DNA from: Eubacteriales bacterium
Lineage (GTDB): Bacteria; Bacillota; Clostridia; Oscillospirales; CAG-272
Length of the DNA stretch: 64,000 nt
Reading direction: 5' to 3'
Assembly (NCBI GenBank): GCA_045580085.1
Contig: JAZNND010000014.1
Coordinates: forward strand, 9,498-73,497
Position numbers and translations under genes: made by a program
The notes under the pieces: generated by a model
Databases searched by the model: none
Seen by the model: the letters and a program-made list of their open reading frames with translations, nothing else
Told to the model about the DNA's origin: nothing
In this document: piece after piece, positions 46,419 through 55,731 of the stretch
How the letters are laid out: every line of letters starts with the position of its first letter
Numbering within the stretch: the stretch's first letter is position 1

Positions 46419-48716
46419 ATGGAACAACAGATCACAGGTCTTGATCTCAAGATCAGGGAAATGGCATCCCGTATCCGCGCTTTGCGTGAGATCGAGGCAC
46501 TTTCCGTTGCTGACATGGCGAAAAAGACCAATGTCAGTGAGGCGGAATACTTAGCTTGTGAAAACGGCGAGAGCGATTTGAACTTTGCTTTCATCTACCG
46601 TTGCGCACTTGCGTTCAATGTGGACGTTACCGATATTATTGAAGGTACGAGCCCCAAGCTCGGTGCTTTCACTGTGACGAGAAGCGGAGAAGGGCAGCGC
46701 ATTGAGCAGGCGCATGGCATGGTTTATTATAACCTGGCACCTTCTTTCCGTAACCGTATTGCCGAGCCTCTTCTTGTACGCGCCGCATACAGCACTGATG
46801 CCGAGCATGCCGATATTGAGCTAACCACCCATGACGGGCAGGAGTGCGATATTGTTCTTAAAGGTTCTCTTAAGGTGCAGGTCGGTGAACATAAGGTCGT
46901 TCTTCACGAAGGTGACAGCATTTATTACGATTCGTCTACGCCGCACGGTATGATCGCCGCGGAGGGAGAGGACTGTCTCTTCTACGCCTTTGTGCTCAAT
47001 CCCTCGGGCGAACCTATTCCCGAGCTTGAGACTTCGACCAAGGCTTCCGTTGTGGATAAGCCTCGCAAGAAAGAGAGTAAAGAGCCTCGCGTATACGATA
47101 AATGGGTGGATGCCGAGGAGGATGAGAACGGTGTTCTCAAAAAGATCTCCTTCCGTAACGCCGAAAAATTCAATTTTGCTTTCGATATTGTTGATGTTCT
47201 TGCGAAAGAAAAGCCGGATAAGCTCGCCATGCTTCATCTTGACAGAGATAAGACCGAGCGCCGCTTTACCTTCCGTGATATCAAACGCGCTTCCAACCAG
47301 TGCGCGAACTATTTCAAGTCTCTCGGCATCAAAAAAGGCGACCGCGTCATGCTGGTGCTCAAACGTCACTATCAGTTCTGGTTTGCCATGCTTGGACTTA
47401 ACAAGCTTGGTGCCATTGTTATTCCCGCCACCAATCAGCTGAAATCTCATGACTTCAGCTACCGCTTCGGTGCCGCCGGTATCAGTGCCATTCTTTGCAC
47501 CTCGGATGCCGAAACGGTGAGCGAAGCTGAGATTGCGCTTGCCGAGTCTCCTTCCGTTGTTCACCGTATCATTGTCGGAGAAGCACGTGAGGGTTGGCGC
47601 AACTTTGACGATGAGTATACGCTTTACAGCACTCATTTCCACCGCACCGCAGAAAGTCCTTGCGGCGACGACTTGATGCTCATGTTCTTTACCTCGGGCA
47701 CCACGGGTTATCCCAAGATTGCCGCACACAATTATAAGTACGCGCTTGGGCATTTCTTAACCGCTAAGTATTGGCACGGTGTAAACCCCGAAGGGCTTCA
47801 CTTCACCATCTCGGATACCGGATGGGCAAAGGCAATGTGGGGTAAGCTTTACGGTCAGTGGATGGCAGAGGGCGCAACCTTTGTATATGACTTTGTCCGC
47901 TTCAGCGCGGCGGATATTCTTCCCTTGTTTGCTAAATATCATATCACTACTTTCTGTGCGCCTCCTACTATGTACCGTATGATGATCAAGCAAGATCTGA
48001 CGAAATACGATATGACTTCCGTAGAGCGCGCGACCACCGCGGGCGAGGCACTCAACCCCGAGGTATTCCGTCAGCTTGAAAAGCTCATGGGGCTTAAGAT
48101 CATGGAAGGCTTCGGTCAGTCCGAGTGCACGCTCATGATCGGTAATTTGCTCGGTGATTCGCATAAACTCGGCTCGATGGGTAAACCTGTTCCGCTTTAC
48201 GATGTGGATATCGTGGATCCCGACGGTAAGAGCGTCGGTGTCGGTGAAACGGGTGAGATCGTTGTACATACCGAAAACGGCGCACCTTGCGGTCTGTTCA
48301 CGGGCTACTATCTGGACGAAGAAAAAACGCGTGACGCATGGCACGACGGTCTTTATCACACGGGCGATACCGCGTGGAGAGACGAGGACGGATTCTATTG
48401 GTATGTCGGCCGTGTGGATGATGTCATCAAGTCCTCCGGTTACCGCATCGGTCCGTTTGAGATCGAGAATGTTATCATGGAGTTGCCTTATGTTCTTGAG
48501 TGCGGCATTTCCGCGGCTCCCGATCCTGTCAGAGGTCAGGTTGTCAAGGCAAGCATTGTTTTGACCAAGGGAACGGAAGGCACGGAAGAGCTGAAAAAAG
48601 AAATCCAAGAGTACGTCAAGCAAAAGACAGCACCTTACAAATATCCCAGAATCGTTGTATTCCGTGATGAATTGCCCAAGACCACCAGCGGCAAGATCAT
48701 CCGCAACAAGCTTTGA
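46419..48716 (+). CDS. XRE-HTH/cupin/medium-chain acyl-CoA synthetase fusion (ACS3), paralog of ACS2
   Basis: Same domain order and motifs as 43752-46016. Confidence 0.92.
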   Translation: MEQQITGLDLKIREMASRIRALREIEALSVADMAKKTNVSEAEYLACENGESDLNFAFIYRCALAFNVDVTDIIEGTSPKLGAFTVTRSGEGQRIEQAHGMVYYNLAPSFRNRIAEPLLVRAAYSTDAEHADIELTTHDGQECDIVLKGSLKVQVGEHKVVLHEGDSIYYDSSTPHGMIAAEGEDCLFYAFVLNPSGEPIPELETSTKASVVDKPRKKESKEPRVYDKWVDAEEDENGVLKKISFRNAEKFNFAFDIVDVLAKEKPDKLAMLHLDRDKTERRFTFRDIKRASNQCANYFKSLGIKKGDRVMLVLKRHYQFWFAMLGLNKLGAIVIPATNQLKSHDFSYRFGAAGISAILCTSDAETVSEAEIALAESPSVVHRIIVGEAREGWRNFDDEYTLYSTHFHRTAESPCGDDLMLMFFTSGTTGYPKIAAHNYKYALGHFLTAKYWHGVNPEGLHFTISDTGWAKAMWGKLYGQWMAEGATFVYDFVRFSAADILPLFAKYHITTFCAPPTMYRMMIKQDLTKYDMTSVERATTAGEALNPEVFRQLEKLMGLKIMEGFGQSECTLMIGNLLGDSHKLGSMGKPVPLYDVDIVDPDGKSVGVGETGEIVVHTENGAPCGLFTGYYLDEEKTRDAWHDGLYHTGDTAWRDEDGFYWYVGRVDDVIKSSGYRIGPFEIENVIMELPYVLECGISAAPDPVRGQVVKASIVLTKGTEGTEELKKEIQEYVKQKTAPYKYPRIVVFRDELPKTTSGKIIRNKL

Positions 48717-49378
48717 TGAATATGAAATACGAACCTAAACGAATTACACTTTTTGCAGGGCATTACGGCAGTGGAAAAACCAACATCGCCGTAAACTATG
48801 CTTTGCAATTGGCGAAAAACGGCATGCCCGTAACCATCGCCGACCTTGATATCGTCAATCCTTATTTCCGCACCAAAGACAGTGCCGCAGAACTTGAGGC
48901 GGCAGGTGTTCGCCTCATTTCCTCTGCCTATGCAAACTCCAATGTCGATTTGCCCGCCTTGCCGGCTGAGCTGTATGCTTTGACGGAGGACAAAAGCCGT
49001 TACGCCGTGTTTGACGTTGGCGGCGACGACAGAGGCGCACTGGCACTTGGCAGATACGCACCCGCCATCAAGGAGGAAGGGAAGTACGAAATGATTTTCG
49101 TTGCCAACTTCTATCGCCCCTTGACGCGAAACGCCGAAGAGGCACTTGAGGTGATGCGTGAGATTGAGGCGGCGGGCGGTATCCCCTTTACGGGAATCGT
49201 TCATAACTCTAACGTCGGTCCCGAAACGACTCCCGATGATATTCGCGCCAAAAGCGCGGAAGCGGAAAAACTATCCGCGATGGCGGCTTTGCCCATTCTC
49301 TTCACCGCGGCGGAAAGCACGGTGGCAAAGGGCATGGACAACACGTTGCCGCTTGATTTGCAAAAGAAAATTTTTTAA
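48716..49378 (+). CDS. P-loop ATP-binding protein (MinD/ParA/CobQ-like) at the head of the oxidoreductase genes
   Basis: 'GHYGSGKTN', 'DLDIVNPYFR', 'DVGGD'. TGATG stop/start overlap with ACS3. Confidence 0.8.
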   Translation: MNMKYEPKRITLFAGHYGSGKTNIAVNYALQLAKNGMPVTIADLDIVNPYFRTKDSAAELEAAGVRLISSAYANSNVDLPALPAELYALTEDKSRYAVFDVGGDDRGALALGRYAPAIKEEGKYEMIFVANFYRPLTRNAEEALEVMREIEAAGGIPFTGIVHNSNVGPETTPDDIRAKSAEAEKLSAMAALPILFTAAESTVAKGMDNTLPLDLQKKIF

Positions 49379-49397
49379 ATAAAGGACGGAATGAAAA

Positions 49398-49604
49398 ATG
49401 GCAAAAGTGACATTTAATACCGACCTTTGCAAGGGCTGCGGGCTTTGCGTCGATGCTTGCCCGAAGAAACTGCTCGTGATTGCGAAGGATAAGATCAACA
49501 AGAAAGGGCATTCTCCTGCCGAAATGACCGATATGAGTAAGTGCATCGGTTGCGCCTTCTGTGCGACCATGTGCCCCGATTGCGTCATTCGTGTTGAGAA
49601 ATAA
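49398..49604 (+). CDS. 2[4Fe-4S] ferredoxin-like delta subunit of 2-oxoacid:ferredoxin oxidoreductase
   Basis: CKGCGLCVDACP and CIGCAFCATMCP. Confidence 0.93.
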   Translation: MAKVTFNTDLCKGCGLCVDACPKKLLVIAKDKINKKGHSPAEMTDMSKCIGCAFCATMCPDCVIRVEK

Positions 49605-49617
49605 GGAGGAAAAAGAA

Positions 49618-50679
49618 ATGTCTGAGAAAGTACTTATGAAGGGCAACGAGGCGATTGCGGAGGCTGCTATTTTGGCAGGTTGCCGCCATTACTTCGGCTA
49701 CCCCATCACCCCTCAAACCGAGATTGCCGCTTATATGGCAAAACGCATGCCCAAGATCGGCGGCGTATTTCTCCAAGCGGAGAGTGAGATCTCCGCGATC
49801 AATATGGTTTACGGTGTTGCAGGCGCGGGACTTCGCGTAATGACCTCCTCCTCCAGCCCCGGAATTTCGCTCAAGAGCGAAGGCCTTTCCTATCTTGCGG
49901 GCAGTGATCTTCCCGCACTGATCGTCAATGTCCAGAGAGGCGGCCCCGGTCTCGGCGGTATTCAGCCCTCCCAGTCCGACTATTTCCAAGCCACTCGCGG
50001 CGGCGGCCACGGTGACTATCATATGCTGGTATATGCGCCTGCTTCCGTTCAGGAAATGGCTGATTTGACCGTTCTTGGTTTTGAGAAGGCAGACGAATAC
50101 CGTATGACTGCCATGATCCTTGCTGACGGTACGATGGGCCAAATGATGGAGCCTGTTGCGCTTCCCAAGGGCGAGAGCCGTACCTTCCCGAAGCCTTGGG
50201 CTTTGACGGGTACCGGTTGCGAGCGTAAGCACAATATCGTCAACTCCCTTTTCCTCAAGCCCGAAACGCTTGAGAAGGAGAATTTCGCGCGTTATGAGCG
50301 TTACCGTAAGATCGAAGAGACAGAAGCTATGTATGAGTCCTTCATGATGGAAGATGCAGAATACTGCGTTGTTGCCTTCGGTATCGCCGCGCGCGTATCC
50401 AAAAACGCCATCGTAGAAGCACGCAAAGCGGGCGTTAAGGTCGGTATGATCCGTCCTATCACCGTTTGGCCCTTCCCGAAGGCACCCCTTGCCGAGGCTG
50501 CAAAGCAAGTCAAGGCATTCCTTTCCGTAGAGCTTTCCATGGGGCAGATGATCGAAGACATCGAGCTGGCTACCCGTTGCGCACGTCCTGTGCTTCTTTG
50601 CAACCGTGCGGGCGGCATGATCCCCTCGCCCGAGGAAGTTTACGCGAAAATCATGGATATGGCAAAGGAGGTAAAATAA
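49618..50679 (+). CDS. vorB: 2-oxoisovalerate (3-methyl-2-oxobutanoate):ferredoxin oxidoreductase alpha-type subunit
   Basis: 'GNEAIAEAAI', 'YPITPQTE', 'SSSSPGISLK', 'RGGPGLGGIQPSQSDYFQ', 'VELSMGQM'. ATG at 49618 follows GGAGG. Confidence 0.85.
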   Translation: MSEKVLMKGNEAIAEAAILAGCRHYFGYPITPQTEIAAYMAKRMPKIGGVFLQAESEISAINMVYGVAGAGLRVMTSSSSPGISLKSEGLSYLAGSDLPALIVNVQRGGPGLGGIQPSQSDYFQATRGGGHGDYHMLVYAPASVQEMADLTVLGFEKADEYRMTAMILADGTMGQMMEPVALPKGESRTFPKPWALTGTGCERKHNIVNSLFLKPETLEKENFARYERYRKIEETEAMYESFMMEDAEYCVVAFGIAARVSKNAIVEARKAGVKVGMIRPITVWPFPKAPLAEAAKQVKAFLSVELSMGQMIEDIELATRCARPVLLCNRAGGMIPSPEEVYAKIMDMAKEVK

Positions 50680-50680
50680 G

Positions 50681-51433
50681 ATGAGCATCGTATTTGATAA
50701 GCCCAAGTCTTTGGCGGATGTTCCCTTCCATTACTGCCCCGGATGCACCCACGGTATCATTCACCGTTTGGTGGCTGAGGCGATTGATGAGCTTGGTATT
50801 GAGGGTAAGGCTATCGGCGTAGCCCCTGTAGGCTGTGCTGTTATGGCGTATGACTATTTTACCTGCGATATGATCGAGGCGGCACACGGCCGCGCACCCG
50901 CCGTTGCGACGGGTATCAAGAGAGGCAGACCTGACAATATTGTATTCACCTATCAGGGTGACGGCGACCTTGCCTCCATCGGTATGGCAGAGACCGTACA
51001 CGCCGCCGCAAGAAACGAAAACATCACCATCATCTTCGTTAACAATGCCATTTACGGTATGACGGGCGGTCAGATGGCCCCCACCTCGCTTCCCGGTCAG
51101 GTTACGCAGACCTCGCCTTACGGCAGAGACGTTAAGGTGCAAGGCTATCCTGTTAAGGTTGCGGAGCTTCTTTCGGCACTTGACGGACCTACCTATATCG
51201 AGCGTGTTGCCGTAAACAATGTTAAAAACGTAAAGAATGCGAAGAAGGCGATCCTCAAAGCATTCCGCAATCAGGTAGAGGGCAAGGGCTTCTCTCTTGT
51301 TGAAGTCGTTTCTTCCTGCCCCACCAACTGGGGTATGACGCCCTCGAAGGCACTGCAATGGGTGGATGAAAAGATGATCCCCTACTATCCTCTCGGCGTA
51401 TACCGCGACAAGACTGCCGACGAAGGCAAATAA
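50681..51433 (+). CDS. 2-oxoacid:ferredoxin oxidoreductase beta (ThDP-binding) subunit
   Basis: 'HYCPGCTHG', 'AHGRAPA', 'YQGDGDLASIG...NNAIYGMTGGQ', 'CPTNW'. Confidence 0.92.
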   Translation: MSIVFDKPKSLADVPFHYCPGCTHGIIHRLVAEAIDELGIEGKAIGVAPVGCAVMAYDYFTCDMIEAAHGRAPAVATGIKRGRPDNIVFTYQGDGDLASIGMAETVHAAARNENITIIFVNNAIYGMTGGQMAPTSLPGQVTQTSPYGRDVKVQGYPVKVAELLSALDGPTYIERVAVNNVKNVKNAKKAILKAFRNQVEGKGFSLVEVVSSCPTNWGMTPSKALQWVDEKMIPYYPLGVYRDKTADEGK

Positions 51434-51453
51434 GAGAAAGGAAGGATACAGTT

Positions 51454-51993
51454 ATGAATACCACGAATCTTCTTATTGCAGGCTTCGGCGGACAGGGTGT
51501 TCTGTTTGCGGGCAAGTTTATCGCTTATAAAGGGCTCCTTGAAGGCAGACAGCTGAGCTGGCTCCCCTCTTACGGTCCCGAGATGCGCGGCGGCACCGCA
51601 AACTGCAGTGTAATCCTCAGTGACGATCCCGTCGGCTCTCCCATCGTTTCGAATCCCGATGTTCTGATGGTTATGAATCTCCCTTCTCTTGATAAATATG
51701 AGGATGCGGCAGTCAAGGGCGCAAAGATCTTTATTGACTCCACACTCATCGAGAGAAAGGTGCGCCGCACCGATGTCTCCGCTTACTACATCCCCGCGAC
51801 TCAGCTTGCCAAGGATGCCGGCTTCCCCACGCTTGCCAACATGATTATGGTTGGTAAAATGATTCGTGAAAGCGGCCTTATTTCCTATGACGGTTTGCGC
51901 GAGGCACTCGGTAAAGTTGTTTCCGCAAAGCATGCCGACCTTCTTGAGGTTAACCTCAAGGCGATCGAAACAGGCTATAATTACGAAGGCTGA
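51454..51993 (+). CDS. 2-oxoacid:ferredoxin oxidoreductase gamma subunit
   Basis: 'AGFGGQGVL', 'PSYGPEMRGGTANC'. Confidence 0.92.
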   Translation: MNTTNLLIAGFGGQGVLFAGKFIAYKGLLEGRQLSWLPSYGPEMRGGTANCSVILSDDPVGSPIVSNPDVLMVMNLPSLDKYEDAAVKGAKIFIDSTLIERKVRRTDVSAYYIPATQLAKDAGFPTLANMIMVGKMIRESGLISYDGLREALGKVVSAKHADLLEVNLKAIETGYNYEG

Positions 51994-52019
51994 TTTTCGA
52001 TAAAGAAAGGGTAAAAACA

Positions 52020-53087
52020 ATGTTGAATATCAAGATTGAAAAAACCACGGCTCCCAAAGTGAAGCCTCAAAAAGGTGAAAAGCTTGGTTTCGGCCACATC
52101 TTCACCGATCATATGTTTGTGATGAATTATACCGAGGGCAAGGGTTGGCACGATGCCCGTATTGTGCCTTACGGTCCGATTTCTCTTGATCCTTCCGCTA
52201 TGGTGTTCCATTACGGTCAGGAAATGTTTGAGGGCTTGAAGGCATATAAAGGTGCTGACGGCAAGGCGTACCTTTTCCGTCCTGATATGAACGCTAAGCG
52301 TGCCAATAAGTCCAATGACCGCCTTTGCATTCCTCACATTCCCGAAGAGGATTTTGTAGAGGCTGTCAGAGCCGTTGTAGAGGTGGATAAGGATTGGATT
52401 CCCGAAGAGGAGGGTACTTCTCTTTACATTCGTCCTTTTGTGATCGCAACCGATGAATTCCTCGGTGTTGCTCCCTCCAAGACCTATCTTTTCATGGTTA
52501 TCCTTTCTCCCAGCGGAGCTTATTATGCCAGCGGACTTGCACCTGTAGGCATTTGGATTGAGGACGAATATGTTCGTGCCGTCAAAGGCGGTATGGGCTT
52601 TGCTAAGACCGGCGGTAACTACGCCGCATCCTTGATCGCGCAGGTTAAGGCTCATGACGATGGCTATAGCCAGGTGCTCTGGCTCGACGGTGTGGAAAGA
52701 AAGTACATCGAAGAGGTCGGTGCCATGAATATCTTCTTCAAGATCGATGGCAAGGTTGTGACTCCTATGCTCAACGGCAGCATTCTCCCCGGTGTCACCC
52801 GTGATTCGGTTCTCCGTCTCTGCCGCGAATGGGGCTATGAGGTTGAGGAAAGAAGAATCTCCGTAGAAGAGCTCGTTGCAGCTGCCAAGTGCGGCAAGCT
52901 GGAAGAGGTTTGGGGTACGGGTACGGCGGCTGTTGTTTCCCCTGTTGGCAAGCTTCGCTATTGCGATGATGTCATGCAGATCGGCGGCGGCGAGATCGGA
53001 GAGCTGACACAAAAGCTTTACGATGAGATCACCGGTATCCAATGGGGCAAACGCCCTGATCCGTTTGGCTGGAGAAAAGAGGTTTAA
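52020..53087 (+). CDS. ilvE: Branched-chain amino acid aminotransferase
   Basis: 'FHYGQEMFEGLKAY', 'AKTGGNYA', 'EEVGAMNIF', 'ILPGVTR', 'GTAAVVSP'. Confidence 0.95.
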   Translation: MLNIKIEKTTAPKVKPQKGEKLGFGHIFTDHMFVMNYTEGKGWHDARIVPYGPISLDPSAMVFHYGQEMFEGLKAYKGADGKAYLFRPDMNAKRANKSNDRLCIPHIPEEDFVEAVRAVVEVDKDWIPEEEGTSLYIRPFVIATDEFLGVAPSKTYLFMVILSPSGAYYASGLAPVGIWIEDEYVRAVKGGMGFAKTGGNYAASLIAQVKAHDDGYSQVLWLDGVERKYIEEVGAMNIFFKIDGKVVTPMLNGSILPGVTRDSVLRLCREWGYEVEERRISVEELVAAAKCGKLEEVWGTGTAAVVSPVGKLRYCDDVMQIGGGEIGELTQKLYDEITGIQWGKRPDPFGWRKEV

Positions 53088-53095
53088 TCCTTTGT

Positions 53096-53130
53096 GGGCT
53101 GTCATATTCGACAGCCCCTTTCTCCTCTTT
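53096..53130 (+). terminator. Terminator after ilvE (GGGCTGTC-family hairpin)
   Basis: GGGCTGTC-ATATTC-GACAGCCC followed by CTTT. Confidence 0.65.
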
Positions 53131-53224
53131 TAACATTACATTTCACTCTTCAAAAATCATCTAACTGTTTGCAATTATTGCATTTAATGTAAATAAATGT
53201 ATACATTTAAGAAAGTGTGTTTGC

Positions 53225-54508
53225 ATGAAAGAACTTAGAATTGAAACCAAATGCGTGCAAGGCGGCTACACGCCCGGCAACGGCGAGCCCCGTCAAGTAC
53301 CGATCATTCAGAGCACGACCTTTAAATATGAGACCAGTGCCGATATGGGCAAGCTTTTTGATCTCGAAGCATCGGGCTACTTCTATTCCCGTTTGCAAAA
53401 TCCCACTTGCGACACGGTTGCGGCAAAGATCTGCGCCTTGGAAGGCGGAAGTGCCGCTATGCTGACTTCTTCCGGTCAGGCGGCAAACTTTTATGCCGTT
53501 TTCAATATCGCAAACTGTGGGGATCACGTTGTGGCATCTTCTGCGATCTATGGCGGTACCTTCAATCTTTTTGCCGTCACCATGAAGAAAATGGGCATCG
53601 AATTCACCTTTGTGAAGCCCGACTGTTCCGATGAAGAGCTGGAAGCGGCATTCCGCCCGAATACCAAGGCGGTATTCGGTGAAACTATTGCCAACCCCGC
53701 CCTTTCCGTACTGGACATTGAGCGTTTTGCCAATGCCGCGCATGCGCACGGTGTTCCGCTGATCATCGATAATACTTTTGCAACACCCGTCCATTGCCGT
53801 CCCATTGAGTGGGGTGCGGACATTGTGACGCACTCTACTACGAAATATATGGACGGTCACGGTGCGGCTGTCGGCGGATGTATCGTAGACAGCGGTAAGT
53901 TTGACTGGATGGCTCACGCCGAGAAGTTCCCCGGTCTTTGCACGCCCGATGACAGCTATCACGGTATCACGTATGCCGAAAAGTTCGGCTTGGGCGGCGC
54001 ATTTATTACCAAAGCGACGGCACAGCTTATGCGTGATTTCGGTTCTACACCCGCACCGCAAAGTGCGTTTATCCTCAATCTCGGTCTTGAGAGCTTGCAT
54101 GTTCGCATGGCACGCCATTTTGAAAACGCGCTTGCTGTTGCCGAATTTTTGGAGAAGCATGAAAAGATCGCTTGGGTGCGTTTCCCCGCACTCCCCTCCG
54201 ATCCCGATTATCCTCTTGTTCAAAAATATATGCCGAAGGGCACGTGCGGAGTCGTCAGCTTCGGTGTCAAGGGCGGCAGAGCCGCGGCAGAGAAGTTTAT
54301 GGGTGCTCTGAAGATCGCAGCGATCGAAACCCATGTTGCCGACGCGCGCAGCTGTTGCTTGCACCCCGCAAGCGCGACGCACCGTCAGATGAGTGACGCG
54401 GAGCTTGAAGCGGCAGGCGTTTCTCCCGATCTTGTTCGTCTTTCTTGCGGTATTGAGAACAAGGAAGATCTTATTGAGGACATCGCGGCGGCACTTGCAA
54501 CCGTCTGA
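53225..54508 (+). CDS. metY: O-acetylhomoserine sulfhydrylase (aminocarboxypropyltransferase)
   Basis: 'YSRLQNPT', 'ETIANP', 'DNTFATP', PLP lysine in '[11 protein letters not shown]', 'HPASATHRQ'. Confidence 0.88.
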   Translation: MKELRIETKCVQGGYTPGNGEPRQVPIIQSTTFKYETSADMGKLFDLEASGYFYSRLQNPTCDTVAAKICALEGGSAAMLTSSGQAANFYAVFNIANCGDHVVASSAIYGGTFNLFAVTMKKMGIEFTFVKPDCSDEELEAAFRPNTKAVFGETIANPALSVLDIERFANAAHAHGVPLIIDNTFATPVHCRPIEWGADIVTHSTTKYMDGHGAAVGGCIVDSGKFDWMAHAEKFPGLCTPDDSYHGITYAEKFGLGGAFITKATAQLMRDFGSTPAPQSAFILNLGLESLHVRMARHFENALAVAEFLEKHEKIAWVRFPALPSDPDYPLVQKYMPKGTCGVVSFGVKGGRAAAEKFMGALKIAAIETHVADARSCCLHPASATHRQMSDAELEAAGVSPDLVRLSCGIENKEDLIEDIAAALATV

Positions 54509-54531
54509 TTACAGAAAGGAAGGACATACCG

Positions 54532-55449
54532 TTGCCGATTCGTATTCCCAATGAATTGCCCGCTACCCATATTCTGACCGAAGAGAATATCTTCGTTATG
54601 ACCGAAACGCGTGCGCAAACGCAGGACATCCGTCCGCTTGAGATCCTTCTTCTCAATCTCATGCCCACCAAAATCGTGACCGAGACACAGCTTTCGCGCT
54701 TACTTGGTAACACCCCTCTTCAAGTGGAGCTGACACTTCTTCATACCAAGACGCATCAGTCCAAAAACACTTCCGAACAGCATCTTTTGACCTTTTATAA
54801 GACGTTTGATGAGATCAAAAATCGCAATTTTGACGGTCTCGTGATCACGGGCGCACCTGTCGAAACACTGCCTTTTGAGGAAGTGGATTATTGGGAAGAG
54901 CTTTGCGAGATTATGGAATGGAGCAAAACCCACGTGCATTCGACCTTCCATATCTGTTGGGGGGCGCAAGCGGCTTTGTATTACCATTACGGTATTCCGA
55001 AATATCCCTTGGATGCTAAGATGTTCGGTGTGTTTGAACATACGCTCGCACATAGAAAATCCATGCTGTTCCGCGGTTTTGACGATTCTTTCTTCGTTCC
55101 TCACTCCCGTCATACCGAGGTGAGGGAAGAGGATATCGCCAAGTGTGACGAGCTCGAGATTCTTTCCGTTTCTCCCAAAGCCGGTGTTTATGCCGTGGTC
55201 TCCAAGGATCGGAAACAGGTGTTTATCACCGGTCACTCTGAGTACGATCCCGAAACGCTTGCTAAGGAGTATTTTCGCGACATCTCTCAAGGAAAAGAAA
55301 TCGCTGTCCCCGAGAATTATTTTCCGAACAATAACCCGGAAATGCCACCCCATGTTCGTTGGCGCGCACATGCCAACCTGCTTTATTCCAACTGGTTGAA
55401 TTACTATGTATACCAGACGACACCCTATGATTTAACCGATCTCGGATGA
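54532..55449 (+). CDS. metA: Homoserine O-acyltransferase MetA family, probably acetyl-CoA-specific
   Basis: 'LNLMPTK', 'ICWGAQA', 'GHSEYD'. The Glu in 'TGAPVE' is the acetyl-specific residue in this family, consistent with the adjacent metY. Confidence 0.92.
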   Translation: MPIRIPNELPATHILTEENIFVMTETRAQTQDIRPLEILLLNLMPTKIVTETQLSRLLGNTPLQVELTLLHTKTHQSKNTSEQHLLTFYKTFDEIKNRNFDGLVITGAPVETLPFEEVDYWEELCEIMEWSKTHVHSTFHICWGAQAALYYHYGIPKYPLDAKMFGVFEHTLAHRKSMLFRGFDDSFFVPHSRHTEVREEDIAKCDELEILSVSPKAGVYAVVSKDRKQVFITGHSEYDPETLAKEYFRDISQGKEIAVPENYFPNNNPEMPPHVRWRAHANLLYSNWLNYYVYQTTPYDLTDLG

Positions 55450-55472
55450 GAAAAAATACATCATTTCGTAAC

Positions 55473-55502
55473 AAAAACCGCTGTCTCTGACGGCGGTTTT
55501 TT
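55473..55502 (+). terminator. Terminator after metA
   Basis: AAAAACCGCTGTC-TCT-GACGGCGGTTTTTT. Confidence 0.8.
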
Positions 55503-55731
55503 AATTTTTTGTAAATTTTCAGAACACAAGAAAAGGAAAAAACAGGGCAGAAAGCCGTAAAATGTGTGGCAAAAAGCACAATAACTGTCCATATTTTTGA
55601 ACATTTCGACAAAAATGCTTAATAATTTCAAAAAAAGGTTGATTTTCTAAATAGAATGATTATAATATATATTAGATATTTCTCCCCTAATGACATTTTG
55701 ACATAAGAATATGAAAGGATATTACATAACT

